In this document: in pieces, positions 40,987 to 51,414 of the stretch | Position numbering within the stretch: the stretch's first letter is position 1 | Layout: every line of letters starts with the position of its first letter | Origin: an uncultured Chloroflexia bacterium | GTDB lineage: Bacteria; Chloroflexota; Limnocylindria; Limnocylindrales; CSP1-4 | Assembly (NCBI GenBank): GCA_963813535.1 | Contig: CAWEZH010000002.1 | Coordinates: 192,001-256,000 of the forward strand | DNA length: 64,000 bases | Direction of reading: 5' to 3' | Translations under genes and position numbers: made by a program | Notes under the pieces: model-generated | The model's database searches: none | What the model was told of the DNA's origin: nothing | Seen by the model: only the letters and a program-made list of their open reading frames with translations

Positions 40987-42315
40987 TCAGCCGAGGAGCG
41001 TCTCTCCGACGAAGCCACCTTCGGACGCCCCGGGCGGGATGGCGAAGATCGCCGACCCGATATGCCGGATGTACTCATTGAGCAGGTCCGGACCGAGCGA
41101 TCGCTGCAGGGCGATGAACTGGCTAGGCGAGCGCTGATAGGCGAGGAAGAACAGACCGGCATCGAGTCGGCCGTAGGGCGTGTTCCCGTCGACGTAGTTG
41201 TAGCCGCGCCGCAGGATCCGGACGCCGCCGTTGGACGACGGGTGGGCCAGGCGGACGTGGGCGGCCGTGTCGATGACCGGCGCGCCATCGGCGCTCGCGT
41301 CGAAGTCGGGCGTGGTGAACTCGTCGCCGCCGCTGAGGGGCGCGCCCGGTCCCTTCGAGCGCCCGATGATCGTCTGCTGCTCGGCGAGCCGGACCCGATC
41401 CCAGGACTCGATGAGCATCTCGATCTTGCGGACCACCAGGTAGCTCCCGCCGGAGAGCCACGCCGGCTCGCCGGTCGGTACCCAGACGTGATCCTCGAGA
41501 GCGGCCGTGTCGTCGGCCAGGATGTTGGCGGTCCCGTCCCTGAACCCCATGAGGTTTCGGGGTGTCACCTGGGTGGTCGTGGTCTTCGACGTCCGCCCGA
41601 AACCCATCTGCGACCAGCGGATCGCCGCCCGGCCAAAGGCGATGCGCGATAGGTTGCGCACCGCATGGACGGCCACCTGGGGATCGTCGGCGCAGACCTG
41701 GAGACACAGGTCGCCGTGACTCCACTCCGCCTTGAGGGCGTCGCCGACGAACGGTGGGAGACGCTCCAGCTCGGGTGGTCGTCGGGCTGCGACTCCGTAT
41801 CGGTCGACCCCGTCCTTCTCGAACACCCCGGGCCCGAACCCGATCGTGATGGTCAGGCCACTGGCCGTGAGGTCGAGGGCTTCACCCGTATCTTCGGGCG
41901 GCGACTCGGGATCGCCGCCGATGGCCCCGGACGCACTGGTCTCGAGTCCTTGAGTCATCCGAGACGCCGCGTATGACCAGTCCCGGAGCAAGCCGACCAG
42001 GCCCTCCCGATCGGTCCCGTCCGCGATGTCGAAGGCCGCGAAATGGAGGTGGTCCTGGACCGGCGTCGTGATGCCGGCCTGGTGCGGACCGTAGAACGGA
42101 TAGGCCGTGGAGCCACTACTCGAACCCGTAGTCCCGGGTGCCGGATCGCCCGGACGCACGCCGAGCAGGGGACCGGCGAGGCCCCCGACGACCAGCCCGG
42201 CCGTCCCGGTGGCGGCCGCTCCGAGGAGCGCGCGCCGGGACAGACCACGGCGTCCATCCGTCTCCGGCTCGGGCCCCGCGGGCGCCGGACGCTCGGCGAC
42301 CTTGGGCTCGGTCAC
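40987..42315 (-). CDS. efeB: Dyp-type heme peroxidase EfeB with Tat signal
   Basis: LSRRALLG Tat motif, HQAGITTPVQ, RNLMGFRDGTAN, HVRLAHP, ILRRGYNY. Confidence 0.92.
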   Translation of the reverse strand: MTEPKVAERPAPAGPEPETDGRRGLSRRALLGAAATGTAGLVVGGLAGPLLGVRPGDPAPGTTGSSSGSTAYPFYGPHQAGITTPVQDHLHFAAFDIADGTDREGLVGLLRDWSYAASRMTQGLETSASGAIGGDPESPPEDTGEALDLTASGLTITIGFGPGVFEKDGVDRYGVAARRPPELERLPPFVGDALKAEWSHGDLCLQVCADDPQVAVHAVRNLSRIAFGRAAIRWSQMGFGRTSKTTTTQVTPRNLMGFRDGTANILADDTAALEDHVWVPTGEPAWLSGGSYLVVRKIEMLIESWDRVRLAEQQTIIGRSKGPGAPLSGGDEFTTPDFDASADGAPVIDTAAHVRLAHPSSNGGVRILRRGYNYVDGNTPYGRLDAGLFFLAYQRSPSQFIALQRSLGPDLLNEYIRHIGSAIFAIPPGASEGGFVGETLLG

Positions 42316-43543
42316 GACAGGATCGTGCTCGTCAGCTGCGAGAGCGGCTCGGCCAGCGCGTTGATCAGGTTCGTCAGATCACGCTTGTCCGCGTCGGTCA
42401 GCTCGCTGTACGTCACGAACCCCTTCTGGAGATCGCCGTGCTTGGCGAGTCGCTCCTCAAGGGCTGAATAGCCATTATCGATGCGCTCGACGAGGTCGAC
42501 GCCGTCATCCCCCTGCGCCACCGCGAAGTCGCGGACGAGCGTGAATGCCATCTTCGAGCCCTCGACGTTGGCCGCGAAGTCCCACAGGTCCGTACCGGAC
42601 CACCAGTCCTCTTCGCCCGTGATCTTGCCGCTGGCAACCTCGTCGAGGAGGGCCATGGCGCCGTTGCTCAGCCAGTCGACGCCCTGGTCGTCGAGGTAGG
42701 TCGTGAAGTCCGCGGAGTGGACGTAGTCGTAGAGCTCGGTGACGTCGTCGACGAGCTGCTTCCCGAGATCGGCCCGCTGCTCGGGCGTCGATGGCTGCCA
42801 GTCCTGCCAGGCATCGGTCTCACCGTCTGCGTTGAGCGTGCCCTTGGCCGGCTCCCAGAGGTCCTTCTCGATCCGGTGGAAACCGGTCCACTCGAGGCCC
42901 TCGGCCTTGGCGTCGACCTCGCGATAGTCGATCCGCGGGTCGAGGTCGCCGAGCGCCTCCGCGACGGGCTCGATGCGCTCGTAGTGGGTGCGGACGTCGG
43001 GGAACTGGTCCTTGGCGGCCACGTCATCGCCGGCGACGTAGAGGTCGACGAACCCCTTGGTTGCCGGCACGAGCTCGGCGACCTGATCCTTGACGAACGC
43101 CGCGTAGGAACGGACCGCCTCCTGCTTGACCTCCGCGTCCGCGACCGGAGATGGCCACCCGCTCGCCCGTCACCGTGAAGGCGTTGCGTCCGACGCCGGC
43201 TCCGACCATCCCGGGCTTGCACAGGGTGACGTAGCTGCCGGGCTGCACCGTCGCGGTCAGTGTCCGGGACGTGCCGGGGGCGATGTTCTCGACCTCGCCG
43301 ATGATCCGCAGACCATCCTCGGCCATGAGATAGAACTCGGTCACCTGCGAGCCCCGGTTCGTCACATCGAACGCGACCGTTCCGCTTGCGGCTTCGTTCG
43401 ACTGCCACCTGGCAGGCGTCGTCCGTCGACGTGACGGCGATCGCGCCACCGGTGACCGCGGCGTTCGGGACGCATGCGGCGATGGCCAGTGTCGCTGCCG
43501 CGGCGATCAGGGCGGGGCGACGGGCAAGGCGGGCCGGGGTCAA
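42312..43543 (-). CDS. efeO: Iron uptake lipoprotein EfeO (cupredoxin + imelysin-like), frameshifted
   Basis: TTG overlapping the efeU stop; lipobox AIAAC; EFY..GEVENI..CKPGM; YERIEPVAE, WTGFHRIEKDLW, KITGEED. Confidence 0.88.
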
Positions 43544-44470
43544 GACTCTCCTCGACTGATCGACGGGGTCGGGTTGACGATCGCCGGGCGTTGGGGTGCG
43601 CCGGCGCGATCGCGACGAAGGAAGATCGTCCCGACGACCACCAGGTAGGTCAGCCAGGCGATGACCTCGAGCCAGGACATCTCGCGGCGCCAGTCCGATC
43701 GTGCCCTTCAGCAGCGCGGCGAGCGCACTGTCCGGTGGGATGGCGTCGCCGATCTGGAAGGCCCAACCGAACGGGAAGCCGGCCAGCCCGACAGCGACGG
43801 TGCCGGTCACAGGATCGATCGGCGCCGCTGCGGTGAATGGCCCAGGCAGGACGCCCGCCTCCTGGAGGTCGTGGATGCCGTAGGCGAGGACACCTGCGGC
43901 GACGACGATCAGGCAGATGCTCGTGACCGTGAAGAACACACGGAGGTTGATGCGAACCATGCCGCGGTAGATGACGAACCCGAGCACGACGGCGACCAAC
44001 AGGCCGGCCAGCGCGCCGGCGAGGGCATCCGCTCCACCGCCGAGCGAGCGAACCATCGACCAGAGGAACAGTGCCGTTTCGACGCCCTCCCGGGCGACCG
44101 AGATGAAGCCGACCAGGACGACGCCCCACAGGCCGCCCGTCGCGAGCGCTCGGGCCATCCCCTGTTCGAGCTCGCCGCGCAGACCACGCGCGGCGCGCTG
44201 CATCCAGAAGACCATGCCGGTGACCAGCGCGACCGCGAGGATCGACAGGGACCCGCCGATGATCTCCTGTGCTTCGAAGCTCAGCGTGTACGCGCCAAAG
44301 GTCAGGACGAACCCGAAACCGAGCGACAAGCCGATGGCGAGGCCGATGCCCAGCCACAGGCGGGGCAGGACGTCACGTCGCTCGGAACGGACGAGGAACG
44401 CGACGAGGATCCCGACGACCAATGCGGCCTCGAGACCCTCGCGCAGGCCGATGACGAAGGTGGCGAGCAC
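43540..44470 (-). CDS. efeU: Iron permease EfeU/FTR1 (frameshift near 43685)
   Basis: Two RExxE motifs (REGLE, REGVE), GIHDLQEAG. Confidence 0.92.
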
Positions 44471-44494
44471 GGGAAGACGGCGACCTTTCGCTAG

Positions 44495-44522
44495 GGTACT
44501 TGCGTATCGGACGCAAGGTACC
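44495..44522. promoter_or_regulatory. Imperfect inverted repeat upstream of efeU (candidate metal-repressor operator)
   Basis: ggtacttgcgt-atcgg-acgcaaggtacc. Confidence 0.35.
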
Positions 44523-44613
44523 TTGTCTCACGAGAATAGGTCAACCTGAGGGTGAACCCGACGAATGCAGCGTTTCTCCGTCGAGTGCTACGGTGGCATC
44601 GAGCGATGGAACG

Positions 44614-44967
44614 ATGACGGTGGAGAAGCCCGATCAGGTCGATCTCGGGGTGCCGCCCAGCGGCCCGGGCTGCGTCGATTGCGATGCGACGGGCGGCTGG
44701 TGGTTCCACCTCCGACGCTGCGCTCATTGCGGCCACGTCGGCTGTTGCGACTCGTCCCCGTCGCAGCACGCCAGCAACCACGCCCTCGATGCGCAGCACC
44801 CGATCGTCCAGAGCTTCGAACCCGGCGAGGACTGGTTCTGGGACTACGCCGGCGAGCAGTACGTGGATGGACCGGCGCTCGCGCCGCCCCACCACCACCC
44901 GCTGGACCAGCCCACGCCTGGACCGGCAGGTCGCGTCCCGCCCGACTGGCAGGAGCGTCTGAACTGA
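44614..44967 (+). CDS. UBP-type zinc finger protein
   Basis: GCVDC..WWFHLRRCAHCGHVGCCDSSPSQHA..HPIVQSFEPGEDWFWDY. Confidence 0.9.
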   Translation: MTVEKPDQVDLGVPPSGPGCVDCDATGGWWFHLRRCAHCGHVGCCDSSPSQHASNHALDAQHPIVQSFEPGEDWFWDYAGEQYVDGPALAPPHHHPLDQPTPGPAGRVPPDWQERLN

Positions 44968-45344
44968 TGGCGGTGGATCAGCCCCGTTCGTCGGCCGCGC
45001 TGGGGCTCGAGCCGATCCGCACGATCGATCGCGACGAGCTCAAGGCGAAGCTCGATCGGGGCGAGGCGTTCAAGCTGATCATGGCCCTCAACCGGTGGGC
45101 GTACGACGCCAAGCACATCCCGGGCTCGCTCCACTTCGACACGCCCGAGGCGCTGTACGCGGCCGTCTCGCCCGAGGACGAGGTCGTCGTGTATTGCTCG
45201 AACGTCGACTGCCTGTCGAGCGTGGCCATGTACCGGGACCTCGTGCGACGGGGATACGCGAACGTGCGACGCTACTCGGGCGGTCTGGTCGATTGGGAGG
45301 AGGCCGGGCTGCCGCTCGAGGGTGAGATGGTGGGTGCGACGTGA
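44967..45344 (+). CDS. Rhodanese-like domain protein
   Basis: HIPGS, VVVYCSNVDC, RYSGGLVDWEEAGLP; TGATG coupling to the upstream gene. Confidence 0.85.
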   Translation: MAVDQPRSSAALGLEPIRTIDRDELKAKLDRGEAFKLIMALNRWAYDAKHIPGSLHFDTPEALYAAVSPEDEVVVYCSNVDCLSSVAMYRDLVRRGYANVRRYSGGLVDWEEAGLPLEGEMVGAT

Positions 45345-45847
45345 ACGAGGAACGGGCGCCGACGACGGCCGGGGCCGAAACGATCGACCATCCCTATGCC
45401 ACCGACCTCGATGCGGAGCGGCGCGGATGGTACGAGGTCCTCGAGCTGGTGCGGTCGCTCACGCCCGACGAGTGCCTCGAACCGGGTTACCAGCGCGACC
45501 CCGACTGGACGGTCCGTGACGTCGTCGCGCACCTGGGCACGTGGCTCGCCGAGGCCCAGCTCCAATTCGAGCGGATGAGCGCGGGCACGTACGAGGGGCA
45601 CGAGATCGATATCGACGCGCTCAACGCCGAGCTGCTGCACGCGATGGTCGGGCAGCCGTGGGACGTCGCCTGGGTGCAGGCCAACGCGGGTCGGACGCGG
45701 ATGATCGAGGAGTGGTGGCTCCTGCGCGAACCGAGCGATGAAGCCGCCTGGTGGATCCGGAAGGCCGCGTGCGACCACTACACGGAGCACCTCGGGCGCT
45801 TGCGCGAATGGCGCGACGAGCTCGTAGCGCGGCGAGGTCAGGCGTAG
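45341..45847 (+). CDS. DinB superfamily (ClbS/DfsB or MDMPI-N-like) four-helix protein
   Basis: WTVRDVVAHL..W, DHYTEH metal-binding pattern. Confidence 0.75.
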   Translation: MNEERAPTTAGAETIDHPYATDLDAERRGWYEVLELVRSLTPDECLEPGYQRDPDWTVRDVVAHLGTWLAEAQLQFERMSAGTYEGHEIDIDALNAELLHAMVGQPWDVAWVQANAGRTRMIEEWWLLREPSDEAAWWIRKAACDHYTEHLGRLREWRDELVARRGQA

Positions 45848-45884
45848 GGCGTCGCCCGTCGAACGGGGCTCGCTAGGCGTGAGC

Positions 45885-46259
45885 CTAGCCCTGCTCCGCT
45901 CCCGTCGAGCCCGCGCTCTCGTCCGCGCCCTCGACGTCGACAGGAGCCGGCGCGAGCTCGACCCGGCTCAGGTGACTCGCCTCGACGATCGTCGGCTTGC
46001 CGTCGCGATCCTTCCATCGCGTCTGCACCTGGACCTCGTCGGTCTCGCCGACGAGCCGCAGGACGACCACGTAGCTCGAACCGCCGAGCTCGACCGACTC
46101 GATCGTCGCCTCTTTCGAGGGCAGTGGCAGCAGCGAGATCACCTCGCCGAGGTTGCGCCTGAGCTCGGCACTGACGTCCTGGGTCGCGCGATCGACGTCC
46201 CCGGCGACGATCGCCTCGCACATGGCGCGGGCGTGCTGTCGAACGGTCTGCTCATCCAT
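45885..46259 (-). CDS. Hypothetical protein (possible NTF2-like fold)
   Basis: 124-aa ORF with -10 TATCCT 6 nt before the ATG. Confidence 0.6.
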   Translation of the reverse strand: MDEQTVRQHARAMCEAIVAGDVDRATQDVSAELRRNLGEVISLLPLPSKEATIESVELGGSSYVVVLRLVGETDEVQVQTRWKDRDGKPTIVEASHLSRVELAPAPVDVEGADESAGSTGAEQG

Positions 46260-46331
46260 GTCAGCAGGATAGTGCTCCGTCGAGTGCTACACGACCCTCT
46301 GCGCCCGCGGCCGAGCGAGCGGCGCTCTGGT

Positions 46332-47414
46332 CTAGCGCCGAATACGCAGCAATCGACCGCCCGTGAACATGCCGTCGGTCACGAAGAGCTCGCCACCGCG
46401 GCCGACCACGATGCCGCCCGGCTGCGACAGCTTGCCCTTCACCAGCTCACGGCGCGCCTTGCCGGGCCGCACCTCGAGCAGGACCGCCTTCGGGAAGACG
46501 CCACCGGGCGCGAAGCCGGCTTCGAATGCGAGCCAGCCGCCGCGGGCGATCTGATAGACGTAGAGGGTCCCGTTCCGCGGGTCGAACGCGAGATCCATGA
46601 TCGACGTGAAGCCCGACTTCCAGACCCGGCACGCCTTGGTCTTGTGTGTCACATCGCACACAGCGTCATGGGCGTTCGGGTTCACCCGCCAGACATGGGC
46701 CGAACCAGGTCGACCCGGGAAGCCGACCAGTTGGCCGACATACGCCCATCCGTCCTTGGCGATGGCGATGCTCGTCGGGACAGCCTCGGCTGGGAGGCGC
46801 TTCGGTAGGGTCGGGTCTCCGACTTTGTCGGTCCGCACGAGTTGCGTCTTCCAGCGCGCAACGGTCCATGCGGTGCCGTCGGGCTTGACTCGGATGATGT
46901 CGTTGCCAGCCGCGTCGGCGAGCAGGACATCGTTCGACTTGAGCGCGGCCAGGCCGAAGGGATTGGTCTCGGCCGGGTCCTGCGGGGCAACGTTGTGGGG
47001 GTCGGGGTCCGCGGCCTGGTACGTATGCATGTTCAGGATCGGGCTGATCGTCCCGTCCGGTGCCTGACGATACAGGATCCCGTCGCCGCCGATCGCCCAA
47101 CCGGCACCGTCCGGAGTGACGGCCACGTCGACGATGTTCACCGGGTCGGTGATGGGCGTGACCGTGCCCTTGTGAGCGCCGCGGAACACGTATTCCAGGG
47201 CTGGTGCGGGGGGTGGGCCGTAGGCGCCCTGTCCGATCGCCAGGGAGTTGCGCGTCAGGAGCGCCAATCCTTTCGGCGACGACAGGCCGTCGCGAATGAC
47301 CCGTGCACTGCCTCGTCGATCGTCGTCGTCGGCCGCGACAGGTGACGCCACCGACAGGAACGTGGCTCCGATGATGAGCGCGGCCCCTATCAGGCTGCCC
47401 ACTCGACGCTGCAT
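46332..47414 (-). CDS. ScyD/ScyE family secreted beta-propeller protein
   Basis: Signal peptide; TNPFGL, ADAAGNDII, AVPTSIA, YVGQLVGFP; RBS GAGGAGG. Confidence 0.85.
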   Translation of the reverse strand: MQRRVGSLIGAALIIGATFLSVASPVAADDDDRRGSARVIRDGLSSPKGLALLTRNSLAIGQGAYGPPPAPALEYVFRGAHKGTVTPITDPVNIVDVAVTPDGAGWAIGGDGILYRQAPDGTISPILNMHTYQAADPDPHNVAPQDPAETNPFGLAALKSNDVLLADAAGNDIIRVKPDGTAWTVARWKTQLVRTDKVGDPTLPKRLPAEAVPTSIAIAKDGWAYVGQLVGFPGRPGSAHVWRVNPNAHDAVCDVTHKTKACRVWKSGFTSIMDLAFDPRNGTLYVYQIARGGWLAFEAGFAPGGVFPKAVLLEVRPGKARRELVKGKLSQPGGIVVGRGGELFVTDGMFTGGRLLRIRR

Positions 47415-47526
47415 AGCGATCCCTCCTCTTGCGCCCCCTCGGGCGCCGGGGGGAGTCTAGGCCTCGACCGTCGCGCGGGCGTTTCGAGCACCGCTCGAGG
47501 CCACTGCGAGACTGCTCAGGCCCGTG

Positions 47527-48696
47527 CTACCCGCGCGCCGCCTGGAACGCGCGCAGACCCGATTCGACCATCTCGTCGCTCGCGGTGAGCGAGATCCGGA
47601 ACCAACCCGGTAGCTCGACGATCGTCCCCGGCAGCACGAGCGCGCCCAGTTCGGCGAGCCGCCTCGTGAACGCCATGTCGTCCGGGTCGGGCGAGCGGAT
47701 CATGCAGTAGAACGTCCCCTCCGGATTCGTGACCTCGTAGCCCATCTCGCGCAGCGCCGGGACCATCCGATCCCGGCGGGCCTCGAGCGCGCCGATATCG
47801 ATCGATAGCCCTTCGAGGTCGCCGATCGCGTGCTGGAGTACCGCATTCGGGAAGCCCCACCCGGAGGCCAGCTGCTGGACGAAGATGCGGTAGTTGACGG
47901 CCTCGCGATCGGGGAAATCCGGGTGCAGCGCGGCGTACCCGATCCGCTGGCCCGGTGCGAGCAAGGTCTTGCCGTACGTGTAGATCGTGACGGTCGCGTC
48001 GTAGTCGATCGCCGGGCTATGGAACTCGATCCCGTCGAACAGGATCCGGTTGTACGACTCGTCGGACAGCAGCACGATCGGACGACCGTTGCGCCCGGAG
48101 GCCGTGCGCAGCACATCGGCGAGAGCGGCCAGCTCGGGCTGGCGGTAGACCCGACCCGTCGGGTTGTGCGGGCTGTTGACGATGATCGCGCGGGTTCGCG
48201 GGGTGATGGCTGCCGCGATCGCGTCGGGATCGAGATCGAACGCGGGCGCCGACAGCCGGACGCGCACCGGGGTCGCACCGGACGACGTGATCATGAGCTC
48301 GTAGAAGAACCAGGGCGGCGACAGGAAGATGACCTCGTCGCCCTCGTCGCACAGCGCCCGGATCGTGACGCCCAGCGCGCCGAACGCCCCGGCGGTCATC
48401 GCGACGTCCTCCGCGCGGAACGGGATCCCCGTGCGCCCCCGGAGCGACCCGACCACGACTTCGCGAGGCTCAGCTTCGCTGAACTTGTAGGCGAACCAGT
48501 CCTTGTCCCGCGGTGTCGCGGCCCGCTGGAGCGCCGTCACGAGACCGGGCAGCGGCAGCTCCTGAGGGTTGCCGAACGTGAAGTCCGCGATGCCCGGGTC
48601 GAGCTTGTGGCGCTCCCAGTCCCCGCCTGTCATCCAGCCGAACACCGGCGCGACGCTGGCCACCATGCGGTCGATTCGCGGCTCGGCGACCGTCAT
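47527..48696 (-). CDS. PLP-dependent aminotransferase class I/II
   Basis: FGNP, IVNSPHNPTG, SDESY, YGKTLLAPGQRIG. Confidence 0.92.
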   Translation of the reverse strand: MTVAEPRIDRMVASVAPVFGWMTGGDWERHKLDPGIADFTFGNPQELPLPGLVTALQRAATPRDKDWFAYKFSEAEPREVVVGSLRGRTGIPFRAEDVAMTAGAFGALGVTIRALCDEGDEVIFLSPPWFFYELMITSSGATPVRVRLSAPAFDLDPDAIAAAITPRTRAIIVNSPHNPTGRVYRQPELAALADVLRTASGRNGRPIVLLSDESYNRILFDGIEFHSPAIDYDATVTIYTYGKTLLAPGQRIGYAALHPDFPDREAVNYRIFVQQLASGWGFPNAVLQHAIGDLEGLSIDIGALEARRDRMVPALREMGYEVTNPEGTFYCMIRSPDPDDMAFTRRLAELGALVLPGTIVELPGWFRISLTASDEMVESGLRAFQAARG

Positions 48697-49274
48697 AGCG
48701 TGCCCTCCCCATCGGCGGGGACATATTCGAGCAGGACGCTCCCGTTCGGGAACGTCCGCGTGCCGGTCAAGCGCAAGCTGAGCGGCGCATCCAGCGACGC
48801 GAACAACGATTTGCCCTTGCCGAGCGCCATCGGCGCGATAAGGAATCGGTAGTCATCGATCAGGCCGGCCTGGGTCAGGTCGGCAAGGAACTCGGCGCCG
48901 GTGCCGAGCCCGATATCGGGTCCGTCACCGGCCTTCATCGTGCGGACCGCCTCGACGGCATCGCCCTCGATGAGCTCGGCGTTCTCGCGCAGGGCGGGCG
49001 AACCGCGCGAGACCACGTGCTTCGGCGTTTGCTTCCAGATCCGCGCGAACTCGCGCTCGACCTCGGACACGCCTGGGTCGTTGACATCGACATCGTCCCA
49101 GTACGTCATGACGTCATACATGCCGCGGGTCATCACGAGGTCACCCGCGTCGTCCATCACGTGGTTCGCGTAGCGGTGCCCTTCCTCGTCGGGCTCGAAG
49201 CCATCGAGGCCGCCATCGGGGTCGGCGTACATGCCGTCTGCGCTGAGGATGATGAAGTAGGTGACGCGTCGCAT
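48693..49274 (-). CDS. Dihydrofolate reductase-like (RibD C-terminal) protein
   Basis: LSADGMYAD, PKHVVSR, GLIDDYRF..P..LGKGKSLF, FPNGSVLLEY. Confidence 0.85.
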   Translation of the reverse strand: MRRVTYFIILSADGMYADPDGGLDGFEPDEEGHRYANHVMDDAGDLVMTRGMYDVMTYWDDVDVNDPGVSEVEREFARIWKQTPKHVVSRGSPALRENAELIEGDAVEAVRTMKAGDGPDIGLGTGAEFLADLTQAGLIDDYRFLIAPMALGKGKSLFASLDAPLSLRLTGTRTFPNGSVLLEYVPADGEGTL

Positions 49275-49321
49275 CCGGATAGGGTAGCCGCGCGCCGTCG
49301 GTAGGTGAGTTCGCGCTACGT

Positions 49322-51397
49322 GTGGACGCCCATACTGGCCCTGTGCCCCGTCCCGACCCAGAGCGACTCCTCGATGACCTGAACGACGCCCAGCGCGAGG
49401 CCGTCCTCGCAACGTCCGGTCCAGTCGCGATCCTCGCGGGGGCGGGCACGGGCAAGACGCGGGTCATCAGCCGACGCACCGCGTACGCGATCGCGACGGA
49501 CGTCGTCGAACCGGACGAAGCCCTCGTCGTGACGTTCACCGACAAGGCCGCGACCGAGATGGTCGAGCGCCTGCGTGCACTCGGTCTGCCGGGCGTCACG
49601 GCGCGGACGTTCCATGCCCACGCTCTCAGCCAGCTCCGCCACTTCTGGCCGCTCTCTCACGGCGGCGACGCGCTGCCGGCCATCCTCGACTCGAAGATCC
49701 CGCTATTGGTGCCGCTGGCCCGGGCATTGCCGGGCCACTATCGGTTCACCCCGGCAAAGGACCTGGCCGACGAGATCGAGTGGGCCAAGAGTCGTCGACT
49801 GACACCGACCACGTACGAGCGCGCCGTCGCCGGTAGCCCGACGACGCCCTCGCGCGAGCCGCCGATCCCGGTCGACCTGTTCGTCCGGCTGTTCGCCGGC
49901 TACGAGCGCGCGAAGGCGCGCGCCGGACGGATCGACTTCGACGATCTCCTCGTCGAGACGATCGAGCTACTCGAAGGGGATGCGGACGCGGCCTCGACGA
50001 TCCGCGCCCGGAAGCGCTGGTTCAGCGTCGACGAGTACCAGGACACGAACCCGAACCAGCAGCGGCTGCTCGAGCTCTGGCTCGGCGACCGCAAGGACGT
50101 GTGCGTCGTCGGCGACGAGGACCAGACCATCTACACGTTCACCGGCGCGACGAGCGCGTTCCTGACCGGGTTCGCCGGCTGGTTGCCCGATGCGCGGGTC
50201 GTGACGCTGGCCGACAACTACCGGTCGTCGCCGGAAGTGCTCGAGCTGGCCAACCGATTGCTCGCCTCGAGCGGTCGCTCCAAGCGGCTCGCCGCGACAT
50301 GCCCGACCGGGCCGGAGCCGACGGTCGTCCGGCACGGGACCGAATCCGCTGAGCTGGCCGCGCTGGCGCTCTGGATCAGAGGGCTGATCGGGGAGGGGAT
50401 CGCGCCGTCCGAGATCGCCGTCCTGGTCCGGATGAATGCCCAGCTCGCGCCGATCGAAGCGGCACTCACACGGGCAGGCATCGCGTACCAGGTGCGCGGC
50501 ATCCACTTCTTCGAGCGCGCAGACGTCAAGGGCGCGATCGATCTCGTGCGCAACGGCAAGATCGAGTCCACCGGGACGGCTCTGTCGCGCTCGGTCCGGT
50601 CGCTGTGGGCCACGCACCTCGGCTATGACGACGACGCCGTGGCAGGGCACGCGGGCGAGGAGGCCCGCGAGCGGACCGCTGCGCTCGACACGTTGCTCGA
50701 CATCCTGGCCACGCTGTCCCGCTCCGATGCCGGCGTCGACGCGACGGGGTACCTCGCCGAGCTCGACCGGCGGCGTGCCGCGGAGCGTGCAGGCTCCGCC
50801 GATGGCGTCAACCTGCTCACCTATCACCGCGCCAAGGGCCTCGAGTGGGACGCGGTCGCCCTGCCGGCCGTCGAGGAGGGCATCCTGCCGATCCGGCAGG
50901 CGGTCGATGACGACGAGCTCATGGCCGAGGAGCTGCGCCTGCTGTACGTGGGAATCACACGGGCTCGACGCCACCTCTCGATCTCGTGGGCGGCCGAGCG
51001 CGAGACGCGCGGGCGCACGACCCGCCGCGAGCCAAGCCGGTTCCTCGCCGACCTGCGACCGCGGCCCCTCGATGGGCAGGCCCGGATCACGCAGCTCCCC
51101 GACCAATTCGCCGTGGACCAGGGCGCCCGTCGCGCGGCATCGGCTGCCCGCGACGCGTCCGGGTACAGCGTCGCCGACGACGACCCCCTCTATGCCGCGC
51201 TCCGCGAATGGCGCACGATCCGCGCGCGGGAGGACGGCGTTCCTGCCTATATCGTCTTCCACGACCAGACGCTCGCCGCGATCGCCGAGTTGAAGCCGCC
51301 GTCCGCCGCGGCGCTTCGACGCGTCAAGGGGGTCGGCCCGGCCAAGATCGAGGCCTACGGCGACGAGGTGCTGGCGCTCATCAGCCGGCTTCGCTGA
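49322..51397 (+). CDS. UvrD/REP helicase with C-terminal HRDC domain (UvrD2-like)
   Basis: AGAGTGKT, VDEYQD, NYRS, TYHRAKGLEW, YVGITRA, HRDC LREWR..VPAYIVFHD. Confidence 0.92.
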   Translation: MDAHTGPVPRPDPERLLDDLNDAQREAVLATSGPVAILAGAGTGKTRVISRRTAYAIATDVVEPDEALVVTFTDKAATEMVERLRALGLPGVTARTFHAHALSQLRHFWPLSHGGDALPAILDSKIPLLVPLARALPGHYRFTPAKDLADEIEWAKSRRLTPTTYERAVAGSPTTPSREPPIPVDLFVRLFAGYERAKARAGRIDFDDLLVETIELLEGDADAASTIRARKRWFSVDEYQDTNPNQQRLLELWLGDRKDVCVVGDEDQTIYTFTGATSAFLTGFAGWLPDARVVTLADNYRSSPEVLELANRLLASSGRSKRLAATCPTGPEPTVVRHGTESAELAALALWIRGLIGEGIAPSEIAVLVRMNAQLAPIEAALTRAGIAYQVRGIHFFERADVKGAIDLVRNGKIESTGTALSRSVRSLWATHLGYDDDAVAGHAGEEARERTAALDTLLDILATLSRSDAGVDATGYLAELDRRRAAERAGSADGVNLLTYHRAKGLEWDAVALPAVEEGILPIRQAVDDDELMAEELRLLYVGITRARRHLSISWAAERETRGRTTRREPSRFLADLRPRPLDGQARITQLPDQFAVDQGARRAASAARDASGYSVADDDPLYAALREWRTIRAREDGVPAYIVFHDQTLAAIAELKPPSAAALRRVKGVGPAKIEAYGDEVLALISRLR

Positions 51398-51414
51398 GAC
51401 TGGACGGAGCAACC

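Noticed and set aside
1508-44470. Many frameshifted genes as programmed frameshifting or mass pseudogenisation
   Set aside because: Single-base indels hit unrelated, otherwise well-conserved genes (efeU, efeO, kinase, PEBP) with no shared slippery motif; long-read consensus error is the simpler explanation
46332-47414. ScyD/ScyE gene as evidence of scytonemin biosynthesis
   Set aside because: No scyA/B/C genes; stand-alone members of this family are widespread
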